From sequence record ON528719: DNA of 39,381 nt. One strand, written 5' to 3'. Numbering within the stretch: position 1 is the stretch's first letter; each line of letters begins with the position of its first letter. The stretch comes from Shigella phage ESh6. Below, piece after piece: positions 28,210-38,604 of the stretch. The notes below the pieces were generated by a model. That model did no database searches. It was given only the letters and a program-made list of their open reading frames with translations, and had not been told where the DNA came from. A program made the position numbers and the translations under genes.

Positions 28210-28800
28210 ATGCGCTCTTACGATATGAACGTTGAGACTGCCGCTGAGTTATCCGCTGTGAACGACATTCTGGCATCTATCGGAGAACCTCCGGTATCGA
28301 CGCTGGAAGGTGATGCTAACGCAGACGTGGCGAACGCTCGACGTATTCTCAATAAGATTAACCGACAGATTCAGTCTCGTGGCTGGACGTTCAACATTGA
28401 GGAAGGTGTAACGCTCTTACCTGATGTTTACTCCAACCTGATTGTATACAGCGATGACTATTTATCATTAATGGCTACTTCTGGTCAATCAATCTACGTG
28501 AACCGAGGTGGCTATGTGTATGACCGAACGAGCCAGACAGACCGCTTTGACTCTGGGATTACCGTTAACATTATTCGTCTTCGGGACTACGATGAGATGC
28601 CTGAGTGCTTCCGCTACTGGATTGTCACTAAGGCTTCCCGTCAGTTCAACAACCGATTCTTTGGGGCACCAGAGGTAGAGGGTGTACTTCAAGAAGAGGA
28701 AGATGAAGCTCGACGTCTCTGTATGGAGTACGAAGTGGACTATGGTGGGTACAATATGCTTGATGGTGACGCGTTCACTTCTGGTCTACTGACTCGCTAA
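28210..28800 (+). CDS. 11: Tail tubular protein A (gatekeeper, gp11)
   Basis: 196-aa ORF with RBS 'aaaggaggagg'; same length as T7 gp11. Confidence 0.93.
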   Translation: MRSYDMNVETAAELSAVNDILASIGEPPVSTLEGDANADVANARRILNKINRQIQSRGWTFNIEEGVTLLPDVYSNLIVYSDDYLSLMATSGQSIYVNRGGYVYDRTSQTDRFDSGITVNIIRLRDYDEMPECFRYWIVTKASRQFNNRFFGAPEVEGVLQEEEDEARRLCMEYEVDYGGYNMLDGDAFTSGLLTR

Positions 28801-28820
28801 TAATCAATAAGGAGGCTCTA

Positions 28821-31208
28821 ATGGCACTCATTAGCCAATCAATCAAGAACTTGAAGGGTGGTATCAGTCAACAGCCTGACATCCTTCGTTATCCAGACCA
28901 AGGGTCACGCCAAGTTAACGGTTGGTCTTCGGAGACCGAGGGCCTCCAAAAGCGTCCACCTCTGGTCTTCCTCAAGACACTGGGAGGAAGTGGTGACTTA
29001 GGGCCAGCGCCTTACGTCCATCTGATTAACCGTGATGAAAACGAACAGTATTACGCTGTGTTCACTGGTACAGGAATCCGTGTGTTTGACCTTGCTGGTA
29101 ACGAAAAGCAGGTACGTTACCCAACTGATGGTGCTGCATATATACAGACAGCAAACCCTCGGAATGACCTGAGGATGGTCACAGTGGCTGACTACACCTT
29201 CATCGTCAACAGGAATGTCCGTGTCACGCGAAATACCAACGCAGTGAACCTCGCAGGATTTAACCCCAAGAAGGACGCATTAATCAACGTTCGTGGTGGT
29301 CAGTATGGTCGCACCCTACAGATTATGATTAACGGTGGTTTACAAGCCTCCTATCATATTCCTGATGGTTCACAGCCAGCACACGTTAATAACACGGACG
29401 CTCAGTGGTTAGCAGAAGAGTTGGCTCGCCAGTGTAGAGCAAAGGCTCCGGGATGGGCATTCAATGTTGGGCAGGGTTTTATCCACATCATAGCACCTGA
29501 TGGTCAACAGATTGATTCCCTGATGACGAAGGATGGCTATGCTGACCAGTTGATTAACCCAGTTACTCACTACGCTCAGTCATTCTCTAAGTTGCCACCT
29601 AACGCTCCTGAAGGGTACATGGTGAAAATCGTAGGGGATTCTTCCAAGTCTGCTGACCAGTACTACGTTCGCTATGACGCTACGCGTAAAGTCTGGGTTG
29701 AAACATTAGGCTGGAATGTTAACAATCAGCTTCTGTATGAAACGATGCCTCATGCACTGGTACGCGCTTCTGACGGTAACTTTGAGTTCAGGTGGATTGA
29801 GTGGAGTCCTAAAACCTGTGGTGATGACGACACAAACCCGTGGCCTTCCTTCATGGACTCAACAATAAACGATGTGTTCTTCTTCCGTAACCGTTTGGGT
29901 TTCCTTAGTGGTGAAAATATCATCCTGAGTAGAACCGCTAAGTACTTCAACTTCTACCCAGCGTCAATCGCAAACTTGAGCGACGATGACCCTATCGACG
30001 TAGCCGTGAGTACCAACCGAATCTCAATCCTTAAGTACGCCGTTCCGTTCTCTGAGGAGTTACTCATCTGGTCCGATGAAGCACAATTTGTCCTGACTGC
30101 TTCCGGTACTCTCACGTCGAAGTCAGTTGAGTTGAACCTAACGACTCAGTTTGACGTACAGGACCGAGCGAGACCTTATGGGATTGGTCGCAATGTCTAC
30201 TTTGCTAGTCCGAGGTCCAGCTTCACGTCCATCCACAGATATTACGCTGTGCAGGACGTAAGTTCCGTTAAGAACGCTGAGGACATTACAGCACACGTTC
30301 CTAACTATATCCCTAATGGTGTGTTCAGTATCTGCGGTAGTGGTACGGAAAACTTCTGTTCTGTACTATCTCATGGGGACCCAAGTAAAATCTTCATCTA
30401 CAAATTCCTGTACCTGAACGAAGAGTTGAGACAACAGTCGTGGTCTCATTGGGACTTTGGGGAAAACGTACAGGTTCTGGCTTGTCAGAGTATCAACTCA
30501 ACTATGTATGTGATTCTTCGCAATGAGTTCAATACGTTCCTAGCTAAAATAGCTTTTACTAAGAACGCCATTGACTTACGAGGTGAACCCTATCGTGCCT
30601 TTATGGATATGAAGGTTCGCTACACGATTCCTAGAGGAACATACAACGATGACTCATTCACTACCTCTATTCATCTTCCAACCATTTATGGCGCTAACTT
30701 CAGGAGAGGCAAAATCACTGTACTAGAACCTGATGGTAAGATAACAGTGTTTGAGCAGCCTGTGGCTGGGTGGCATAGTGACCCTTGGCTGAGACTCAGC
30801 GGTAACTTAGAGGGACGCACGGTATACATCGGGTTCAACATTAACTTCGTCTATGAGTTCTCTAAGTTTCTCATCAAGCAGACTGCCGACGATGGGTCCA
30901 CCTCCACGGAAGACATTGGTCGCTTACAGTTACGCCGAGCGTGGGTTAACTACGAGGAATCTGGTACGTTCGATATTTATGTTGAGAACCAATCGTCCAA
31001 CTGGAAGTATACAATGGCTGGTGCTCGCTTAGGCTCTAACACTCTGAGGGCTGGGAGATTGAACTTAGGGACAGGACAATACCGTTTCCCTGTGGTGGGT
31101 AACGCCAAGTTCAATACCGTTACCATCTTGTCCGATGAGACTACCCCGCTGAACATCATTGGTTGTGGCTGGGAAGGTAACTACTTACGGAGAAGTTCCG
31201 GTATTTAA
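28821..31208 (+). CDS. 12: Tail tubular protein B (nozzle, gp12)
   Basis: 795-aa ORF with RBS 'aaggagg'; size and position match T7 gp12. Confidence 0.93.
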   Translation: MALISQSIKNLKGGISQQPDILRYPDQGSRQVNGWSSETEGLQKRPPLVFLKTLGGSGDLGPAPYVHLINRDENEQYYAVFTGTGIRVFDLAGNEKQVRYPTDGAAYIQTANPRNDLRMVTVADYTFIVNRNVRVTRNTNAVNLAGFNPKKDALINVRGGQYGRTLQIMINGGLQASYHIPDGSQPAHVNNTDAQWLAEELARQCRAKAPGWAFNVGQGFIHIIAPDGQQIDSLMTKDGYADQLINPVTHYAQSFSKLPPNAPEGYMVKIVGDSSKSADQYYVRYDATRKVWVETLGWNVNNQLLYETMPHALVRASDGNFEFRWIEWSPKTCGDDDTNPWPSFMDSTINDVFFFRNRLGFLSGENIILSRTAKYFNFYPASIANLSDDDPIDVAVSTNRISILKYAVPFSEELLIWSDEAQFVLTASGTLTSKSVELNLTTQFDVQDRARPYGIGRNVYFASPRSSFTSIHRYYAVQDVSSVKNAEDITAHVPNYIPNGVFSICGSGTENFCSVLSHGDPSKIFIYKFLYLNEELRQQSWSHWDFGENVQVLACQSINSTMYVILRNEFNTFLAKIAFTKNAIDLRGEPYRAFMDMKVRYTIPRGTYNDDSFTTSIHLPTIYGANFRRGKITVLEPDGKITVFEQPVAGWHSDPWLRLSGNLEGRTVYIGFNINFVYEFSKFLIKQTADDGSTSTEDIGRLQLRRAWVNYEESGTFDIYVENQSSNWKYTMAGARLGSNTLRAGRLNLGTGQYRFPVVGNAKFNTVTILSDETTPLNIIGCGWEGNYLRRSSGI

Positions 31209-31238
31209 TTAAATGTTCTCCCTGTGGTGGCTCGAAAT

Positions 31239-31261
31239 TAATACGACTCACTATAGGGAGA
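31239..31261 (+). promoter_or_regulatory. T7 RNAP class III promoter phi13
   Basis: 'taatacgactcactatagggaga': perfect consensus; flanked by partly complementary 'ttctccctgtggtgg'/'ctacgggagggtt' (R13-like). Confidence 0.9.
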
Positions 31262-31288
31262 ACAATACGACTACGGGAGGGTTTTCTT

Positions 31289-31705
31289 ATGATGATTATA
31301 AGACCTACTAAAAGTACAGACTTTGAGGTATTCACTCCGGCTCACCATGACATTCTTGAAGCTAAGGCTGCTGGTATTGAGCCGAGTTTCCCTGATGCTT
31401 CCGAGTGTGTCACGCTGAGCCTCTATGGGTTCCCTCTAGCCATCGGTGGTAACTGCGGGGGCCAGTGCTGGTTCGTTACGAGCGACCAAGTGTGGCGACT
31501 TAGCGGAAAGGCTAAGCGAGAGTTCCGCAAGTTAATCATGGAGTATCGCGATAAGATGCTTGAGAAGTATGGTACTCTTTGGAATTACGTATGGGTAGGC
31601 AATACGTCCCACATTCGTTTCCTCAAGACTATCGGTGCGGTATTCCATGAAGAGTACACACAAGATGGTCAATTTCAGTTATTTACAATCACGAAAGGAG
31701 GATAA
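31289..31705 (+). CDS. 13: Internal virion protein A (gp13)
   Basis: 138-aa ORF, same length as T7 gp13. Confidence 0.9.
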   Translation: MMIIRPTKSTDFEVFTPAHHDILEAKAAGIEPSFPDASECVTLSLYGFPLAIGGNCGGQCWFVTSDQVWRLSGKAKREFRKLIMEYRDKMLEKYGTLWNYVWVGNTSHIRFLKTIGAVFHEEYTQDGQFQLFTITKGG

Positions 31706-31709
31706 CCAT

Positions 31710-32300
31710 ATGTGTTGGGCAGCCGCAATTCCTATCGCTATAGCTGGCGCTCAGGCTATCAGTGGTCAGAACACTCAGGCCAAAATGATTGCCGCTCAGA
31801 CCGCTGCTGGTCGTCGTCAAGCTATCGAACTCATGAAGCAGACGAACATTCAGAATGCTGACCTATCGTTACAAGCTCGGAGTAAACTTGAGGAAGCGTC
31901 CTCTGAGTTGACCTCACAGAACATGCAGAAGGTACAAGCTCTGGGGTCTATCCGAGCGGCTATCGGGGAGAGTATGCTTGAGGGTTCCTCAATGGACCGC
32001 ATTAAGCGAGTCACAGAAGGACAGTTCATTCGGGAAGCCAATATGGTAACTGAGAACTATCGCCGTGACTACCAAGCAATCTTCGCACAGCAACTTGGTG
32101 GTACTCAAAGTGCTGCAAGCCAGATTAGAGAAATCTATAAGGGCGAACAGAAGCAGAAGAGTAAGCTACAGATGGTTCTGGACCCACTGGCTATCATGGG
32201 ATCTTCCGCTGCGAGTGCTTACGCATCCGGTGCGTTCGACTCTAAGTCAGCCACTAAGGCACCTATTGTTGCCGCTAAAGGAACCAAGACGGGGAGGTAA
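31710..32300 (+). CDS. 14: Internal virion (core) protein B, gp14
   Basis: 196 aa from ATG 31710 after 'aaaggagg' (MCWAAAIPIAIAGAQAISGQ...); ORF track 31635..32300 is the same frame extended upstream. Confidence 0.9.
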   Translation: MCWAAAIPIAIAGAQAISGQNTQAKMIAAQTAAGRRQAIELMKQTNIQNADLSLQARSKLEEASSELTSQNMQKVQALGSIRAAIGESMLEGSSMDRIKRVTEGQFIREANMVTENYRRDYQAIFAQQLGGTQSAASQIREIYKGEQKQKSKLQMVLDPLAIMGSSAASAYASGAFDSKSATKAPIVAAKGTKTGR

Positions 32301-32306
32301 TAAGCT

Positions 32307-34550
32307 ATGAGTAAAATTGAATCTGCCCTTCAAGCGGCACAACCGGGACTCTCTCGGTTACGTAGTGGCGCTGGTGGTATGGGCTATCGTGCAGCAACCA
32401 CTCAAGCTGGACAACCAAGGTCAAGCCTATTGGACACCATTGGTCGGTTCGCTCAGGCTGGTGCCGATATATATACAGCTAAGGAGCAACGAGCAAGAGA
32501 CCTAGCTGATGAACGCTCTAACGAGATTATCCGTAAGCTGACACCTGAGCAACGCCGAGAAGCTCTCAACAATGGGACCCTTCTGTATCAGGATGACCCA
32601 TACGCTATGGAAGCACTGCGAGTCAAGACTGGTCGTAACGCTGCGTACCTTGTTGACGACGACGTTATGCAGAAGATTAAAGAGGGTGTCTTCCGCACTC
32701 GTGAAGAGATGGAACAGTATCGCCATAGTCGTCTTCAAGAGGGCGCTAAGGCATACGCTGAGCAGTTCGGCATTGACCCTGATGACGTTGATTATCAGCG
32801 TGGGTTCAATGGAGACATCACTGAGCGTAACATCTCCCTGTACGGTGCACATGATAACTTCTTGAGTCAACAAGCTCAGAAGGGTGCTATCATGAACAGC
32901 CGAGTGGAACTCAACAGTGTCCTTCAAGACCCTGACATGCTTCGCCGCCCAGACTCTGCGGACTTCTTTGAGAAGTACATCGACAACGGTCTGGTTACCG
33001 GGGCAATCCCATCTGATGCTCAAGCAACACAGCTTATAAGTCAAGCGTTCAGTGACGCTTCTAGCCGTGCTGGTGGGGCTGACTTCCTGATGCGAGTAGG
33101 TGATAAGAAGGTAACTCTTAACGGAGCCACTACTACTTACCGAGAGTTGATGGGTGAAGAACAGTGGAATGCTCTCATGGTAACAGCACAACGTTCTCAG
33201 TTTGAGAATGACGCTAAGCTGAACGAGCAGTACCGCTTGAAGATTAACTCTGCGCTGAACCAAGAGGACCCTCGTACTGCGTGGGAGATGCTTCAAGGTA
33301 TCAAGGCTGAACTCGATAAGGTTCAACCTGATGAGCAGATGACACCACAACGTGAGTGGCTAATCTCGGCACAGGAACAAGTTCAGAACCAGATGAACGC
33401 ATGGACAAAAGCTCAAGCCAAGGCTCTGGACGACTCCATGAAGTCAATGAACAAACTTGAAGTAATCGACAAGCAATTCCAGAAGCGAATCAATGGTGAG
33501 TGGGTCTCAACGGACTTTAAGGATATGCCTACCAACGAGAACACTGGTGAGTTCAAGTATAGCGATATGGTTAACTACGCCAATAAGAAACTCGCTGAGA
33601 TTGACCGTATGGATATTCCAGATGGTGCTAAGGACGCTATGAAGTTGAAGTACCTTCAAGCTGACTCTAAGGACGGTGCATTCCGTACAGCAATCGGAAC
33701 AATGGTGACTGACGCTAGTCAAGAGTGGTCTGCCGCTGTAATTAACGGTAAGTTACCAGAGCGAACCCCAGCTATGGATGCTCTACGTAGAATCCGTAAT
33801 GCCGACCCTCAGTTGATTGCTGCACTATATCCAGACCAAGCGGAGTTGTTCCTGACGATGGACATGATGGACAAGCAAGGTATTGACCATCAGGTTATTC
33901 TTGACGCTGACCGACTAACTGCTAAACGTTCCAAAGAGCAACGCTTCGAGGACGATAAAGCATTCGAGTCTGCACTGAATAGCTCTACGGCTCCTGAGAT
34001 TGCCCGTATGCCAGCGTCACTTCGTGAATCTGCGCGTAAGATTTATGACTCCGTTAAGTACCGCTCAGGTAACGAGAGTATGGCGATGGAGCAAATGACC
34101 AAGTTCCTTAAGGAATCTACCTACACGTTCACTGGTGATGATGTTGATGGCGATACTGTTGGTGTAATTCCGAAGAATCTGATGCAAGTCAACTCTGACC
34201 CGAAATCATGGGAACAAGGTCGTGATATTCTGGAGGAAGCACGTAAGGGAATCATTGCAAACAACCCTTGGATAACCAATAAGCAACTGACCATGTATTC
34301 TCAAGGTGACTCCATTTACCTTATGGACACCACTGGTCAAGTCCGAGTCCGATATGACAAAGAGTTACTCTCGAAGGTCTGGAGTGATAACCAGAAGAAA
34401 CTCGAAGAGAAAGCTCGTGAGAAGGCTCTGACTGATGTTAACAAGCGAGCACCTATAGTTGCCGCTACGAAGGCCCGTGAAGCTGCTGCTAAACGAGTCC
34501 GAGATAAACGTAAACAGACTCCTAAGTTCATCTACGGACGTAAGGAGTAA
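32307..34550 (+). CDS. 15: Internal virion (core) protein C, gp15
   Basis: 747-aa ORF, same length as T7 gp15. Confidence 0.93.
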   Translation: MSKIESALQAAQPGLSRLRSGAGGMGYRAATTQAGQPRSSLLDTIGRFAQAGADIYTAKEQRARDLADERSNEIIRKLTPEQRREALNNGTLLYQDDPYAMEALRVKTGRNAAYLVDDDVMQKIKEGVFRTREEMEQYRHSRLQEGAKAYAEQFGIDPDDVDYQRGFNGDITERNISLYGAHDNFLSQQAQKGAIMNSRVELNSVLQDPDMLRRPDSADFFEKYIDNGLVTGAIPSDAQATQLISQAFSDASSRAGGADFLMRVGDKKVTLNGATTTYRELMGEEQWNALMVTAQRSQFENDAKLNEQYRLKINSALNQEDPRTAWEMLQGIKAELDKVQPDEQMTPQREWLISAQEQVQNQMNAWTKAQAKALDDSMKSMNKLEVIDKQFQKRINGEWVSTDFKDMPTNENTGEFKYSDMVNYANKKLAEIDRMDIPDGAKDAMKLKYLQADSKDGAFRTAIGTMVTDASQEWSAAVINGKLPERTPAMDALRRIRNADPQLIAALYPDQAELFLTMDMMDKQGIDHQVILDADRLTAKRSKEQRFEDDKAFESALNSSTAPEIARMPASLRESARKIYDSVKYRSGNESMAMEQMTKFLKESTYTFTGDDVDGDTVGVIPKNLMQVNSDPKSWEQGRDILEEARKGIIANNPWITNKQLTMYSQGDSIYLMDTTGQVRVRYDKELLSKVWSDNQKKLEEKAREKALTDVNKRAPIVAATKAREAAAKRVRDKRKQTPKFIYGRKE

Positions 34551-34576
34551 CTAAAGGCTACATAAGGAGGCCCTAA

Positions 34577-37500
34577 ATGGATAAGTACGATAAGAACGTA
34601 CCAAGTGATTATGATGGTCTGTTCCAAAAGGCGGCTGATGCCAACGGGGTCTCTTACGACCTTTTACGTAAAGTCGCTTGGACAGAATCACGATTTGTGC
34701 CTACAGCAAAATCTAAGACTGGACCATTAGGCGTGATGCAGTTCACCAAGGCAACCGCTAAGGCCCTTGGTCTGCGAGTTACCGATGGTCCAGATGATGA
34801 CCGACTGAACCCTGAGTTGGCTATCAATGCTGCTGCCAAGCACCTTGCTGAACTGGTGAGTAAATTTGATGGGGACGAACTTAAAGCTGCCCTTGCGTAC
34901 AACCAAGGCGAGGGACGCTTGGGTAATCCACAACTTGAGGCGTACTCCAAGGGAGACTTTGCGTCCATCTCTGAGGAAGGACGTAATTACCTGCGTAACC
35001 TTCTGGATGTCGCTAAGTCACCGATGGCTGGACAATTGGAAACCTTTGGAGGTATCACCCCAAAGGGTAAAGGCATTCCGGCTGAGGTAGGATTGGCTGG
35101 AATCGGTCATAGTCAGAAAGTAACACAGGAACTTCCTGAGTCCACAAGTTTTGACGTTAAGGGTATCGAACAGGAGGCTCCGGCGAAACCATTCGCCAAG
35201 GACTTTTGGGAGACCCACGGAGAAACGCTTGACGAATACAACAGTCGTTCAACCTTCTTCGGATTCAAAAATGCTGCCGAAGCTGAACTCTCCAACTCAG
35301 TAGCTGGGATGGCCTTCCGTGCTGGTCGTCTCGATAATGGTTTTGATGTGTTTAAAGACACCATTACGCCGACTCGCTGGAACTCTCACATCTGGACTCC
35401 AGAAGAGTTAGAGAAGATTCGAACCGATGTTAAGAACCCTGCGTACATCAACGTGGTAACTGGCGGTTCCCCTGAGAATCTTGACGACCTCATTAAGCTG
35501 GCTAACGAGAACTTTGAGAATGACTCACTTGCTGCCGAAGCTGGACTTGGTGCCAAACTGAGTGCTGGTATTATCGGTGCTGGTGTGGACCCACTCAGCT
35601 ATGCTCCTATGGTCGGTGTTACTGGTAAGGGCTTTAAGTTAATCAATAAGGCCCTTGTAGTTGGTGCCGAAAGTGCTGCGCTGAACGTTGCATCCGAAGG
35701 TCTCCGCACCTCCGTAGCTGGTGGTGACTCTGACTATGCTGGTGCGGCTTTAGGTGGCTTTGTGTTTGGTGCTGGTATGTCAGCAATCAGTGACGCTATT
35801 GCTGCTGGACTGAAACGTAGTAAACCAGAAGCTGAGTTCGACAATGAGTTCATTGGTCCTATGATGCGAATGGAAGCCCGTGAGACGGCACGCAACGCCA
35901 ACTCTACGGACCTCTCTCGAATGAATACTGAGAACATGAAGTTTGCAGGTGAACATAATGGTGTTCCTTATGAGGACTTACCGACCGAGAAAGGTGCCGT
36001 GGTGTTACACGATGGCTCCGTTCTAAGTGCAAGTAACCCAATCAACCCTAAGACTCTCAAAGAGTTCTCAGAGGTTGACCCTGAGAAGGCTGCGCGAGGA
36101 ATCAAACTGGCTGGGTTCACCGAGATTGGTTTGAAGACCTTAGGGTCTGACGATGCTGACATCCGTAGAGTGGCTATCGACCTCGTTCGCTCTCCTACTG
36201 GTATGCAGTCTGGTGCCTCCGGTAAGTTCGGTGCAACAGCTTCTGATATCCATGAGAGACTTCATGGTACCGACCAGCGTACTTATAATGACTTGTATAA
36301 AGCAATGTCTGACGCTATGAAAGACCCTGAGTTCTCTACTGGTGGGGCTAAGATGTCTCGTGAAGAGACTCGTTACACTATCTATCGCAGAGCAGTATTA
36401 GCTATCGAACGCCCAGAACTACAGAAGGTGCTCACTCCGTCTGAGAGAATCGTTATGGACATCATTAAGCGTCACTTTGACACCAAGCGTGAACTTATGG
36501 AGAACCCAGCAATCTTCGGTAATACGAAGGCTGTTAGTATCTTCCCTGAGAGTCGTCACAAAGGGACTTACGTTCCTCACGTATACGACCGACACGCTAA
36601 GGCGCTGATGATTCAACGCTATGGTGCCGAAGGCTTACAGGAAGGGATTGCTCGTTCGTGGATGAACAGCTACGTCTCCAGACCCGAGGTCAAGGCGAGA
36701 GTCGATGATATGCTTAAGGAAGTACATGGGGTGAAGGAAGTAACGCCAGAGATGGTAGAGAAGTACGCTATGGATAAGGCTTACGGTATCTCCCACTCAG
36801 ACCAGTTCACCAACAGTTCCATAATCGAAGAGAACATTGAGGGCTTAGTAGGTATTGAGAACAACTCATTCCTTGAGGCACGTAACTTGTTTGATTCGGA
36901 CCTATCAATCACTATGCCAGACGGACAGCAATTCTCAGTGAACGACCTAAGGGACTTCGATATGTTCCGCATCATGCCAGCGTATGACCGCCGTATCAAT
37001 GGTGACATCGCCATCATGGGGTCTACTGGTAAAACCACTAAGGAACTTAAGGATGAGATTCTGGCTCTCAAAGCTAAAGCTGAGGGCGACGGTAAGAAGA
37101 CTGGCGAGGTTCATGCTCTTATGGATACCGTTAAGATTCTTACTGGTCGTGCTCGACGTAATAACGACACTGTGTGGGAAACATCGATGCGAGCCATCAA
37201 TGACCTAGGGTTCTTCGCTAAGAACGCCTACATGGGTGCTCAGAACATTACTGAGATTGCTGGGATGTTTGCCACAGGTAACGTGCGTGCTCTCGGTCAC
37301 GGTATCCCAATTCTGCGTGATACACTATACAAGTCTAAACCAGTTTCCGCTAAGGAACTCAAGGAACTCCATGCGTCTCTGTTCGGGAAGGAGGTGGACC
37401 AGTTGATTCGACCTAAACGTGCTGACATTGTGCAGCGCCTAAGGGAAGCAACTGATACCGGACCTGCTGTGGCGAACATCGTAGGGACCTTGAAGTATTC

Positions 37501-38533
37501 CACACAGGAACTGGCTGCTCGCTCTCCATGGACTAAGATGCTGAACGGGACAACTAACTACCTTCTGGATGCTGCGCGTCAAGGGATGCTTGGAGATGTT
37601 ATTAGTGCCACCCTAACAGGTAAGACTACCCGCTGGGAGAAAGAAGGATTCCTTCGTGGTGCCTCAGTAACTCCTGAGCAGATGGCTGGCATCAAGTCTC
37701 TCATCAAGGAACATATGGTACGTGGTGAGGACGGGAAGTTTACCGTCAAGGACAAGCAAGCGTTCTCTATGGACCCTCGCGCTATGGACTTATGGCGACT
37801 TGCTGACAAGGTAGCTGATGAGGCAATGTTGCGTCCGCATAAGGTGTCCTTACAGGATTCCCATGCGTTCGGAGCATTGGGTAAGATGGTTATGCAGTTT
37901 AAGTCTTTCACTATCAAGTCCCTTAACTCTAAGTTCGTTAGAACCTTCTACGATGGTTATAAGAACAACCGAGCGATTGACGCTGCGCTGAGCATCATCA
38001 CCTCTATGGGTCTCGCTGGTGGTTTCTACGCTATGTCTGTACACGTCAAAGCGTATGGGATGCCTAAGGAGAAACGTAAGGAGTACTTGGAGCGCGCACT
38101 GGACCCAACCATGATTGCCCACGCTGCGTTATCTCGTAGTTCTCACTTGGGTGCTCCTTTTGCTATTGCTGACCTAGTTGGCGGTGTTTTAGGGTTCGAG
38201 TCCTCCAAGATGGTTCGCTCCACGATTCTACCTAAGGACACAGTGAAGGAGCGCGACCCTAATAAGCCTTATACCTCGTGGGAGGTAATGGGTAATATGG
38301 GTTCCAACATTCTTGAACAGATGCCATCGGCTGGATTTGTGGCTAACGTTGGGGCTTCCCTGCTTAATACTGCTGGCGTTGTGAATGCTCCAAACAAAGC
38401 TACTGAGCAGGACTTCATGACTGGTCTCATGAACTCCACAAAAGAGTTAGTACCGAACGATCCATTGACGCAACAGCTTGTGTTGAAGATTTATGAGGCG
38501 AATGGTGTTAACTTGAGGGAGCGTCGGAAATAA
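34577..38533 (+). CDS. 16: Internal virion (core) protein D with N-terminal lytic transglycosylase domain, gp16
   Basis: 1318-aa ORF, same length as T7 gp16; N-terminal SLT-like motif ...VAWTESRFVPTAKSKTGPLGVMQFTKATAKALG.... Confidence 0.95.
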   Translation: MDKYDKNVPSDYDGLFQKAADANGVSYDLLRKVAWTESRFVPTAKSKTGPLGVMQFTKATAKALGLRVTDGPDDDRLNPELAINAAAKHLAELVSKFDGDELKAALAYNQGEGRLGNPQLEAYSKGDFASISEEGRNYLRNLLDVAKSPMAGQLETFGGITPKGKGIPAEVGLAGIGHSQKVTQELPESTSFDVKGIEQEAPAKPFAKDFWETHGETLDEYNSRSTFFGFKNAAEAELSNSVAGMAFRAGRLDNGFDVFKDTITPTRWNSHIWTPEELEKIRTDVKNPAYINVVTGGSPENLDDLIKLANENFENDSLAAEAGLGAKLSAGIIGAGVDPLSYAPMVGVTGKGFKLINKALVVGAESAALNVASEGLRTSVAGGDSDYAGAALGGFVFGAGMSAISDAIAAGLKRSKPEAEFDNEFIGPMMRMEARETARNANSTDLSRMNTENMKFAGEHNGVPYEDLPTEKGAVVLHDGSVLSASNPINPKTLKEFSEVDPEKAARGIKLAGFTEIGLKTLGSDDADIRRVAIDLVRSPTGMQSGASGKFGATASDIHERLHGTDQRTYNDLYKAMSDAMKDPEFSTGGAKMSREETRYTIYRRAVLAIERPELQKVLTPSERIVMDIIKRHFDTKRELMENPAIFGNTKAVSIFPESRHKGTYVPHVYDRHAKALMIQRYGAEGLQEGIARSWMNSYVSRPEVKARVDDMLKEVHGVKEVTPEMVEKYAMDKAYGISHSDQFTNSSIIEENIEGLVGIENNSFLEARNLFDSDLSITMPDGQQFSVNDLRDFDMFRIMPAYDRRINGDIAIMGSTGKTTKELKDEILALKAKAEGDGKKTGEVHALMDTVKILTGRARRNNDTVWETSMRAINDLGFFAKNAYMGAQNITEIAGMFATGNVRALGHGIPILRDTLYKSKPVSAKELKELHASLFGKEVDQLIRPKRADIVQRLREATDTGPAVANIVGTLKYSTQELAARSPWTKMLNGTTNYLLDAARQGMLGDVISATLTGKTTRWEKEGFLRGASVTPEQMAGIKSLIKEHMVRGEDGKFTVKDKQAFSMDPRAMDLWRLADKVADEAMLRPHKVSLQDSHAFGALGKMVMQFKSFTIKSLNSKFVRTFYDGYKNNRAIDAALSIITSMGLAGGFYAMSVHVKAYGMPKEKRKEYLERALDPTMIAHAALSRSSHLGAPFAIADLVGGVLGFESSKMVRSTILPKDTVKERDPNKPYTSWEVMGNMGSNILEQMPSAGFVANVGASLLNTAGVVNAPNKATEQDFMTGLMNSTKELVPNDPLTQQLVLKIYEANGVNLRERRK

Positions 38534-38553
38534 TACGACTCACTATAGGGAGA
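38531..38553 (+). promoter_or_regulatory. T7 RNAP class III promoter phi17
   Basis: 'taatacgactcactatagggaga': perfect consensus; overlaps the gene 16 stop. Confidence 0.9.
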
Positions 38554-38604
38554 GGTGAAAGAATCTTCTCCCTGTAGTCTCTTAGATTTACTTAAGGAGG
38601 TCAA

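Noticed and set aside
32502-33350. 282-aa ORF on the minus strand (also 13008..13505, 9811..10341, 6221..6730 and other minus-strand ORFs in the track)
   Set aside because: All are antisense to well-supported + strand genes with strong T7 homology; T7-like phages are transcribed entirely rightward and these ORFs lack RBS or promoter context.
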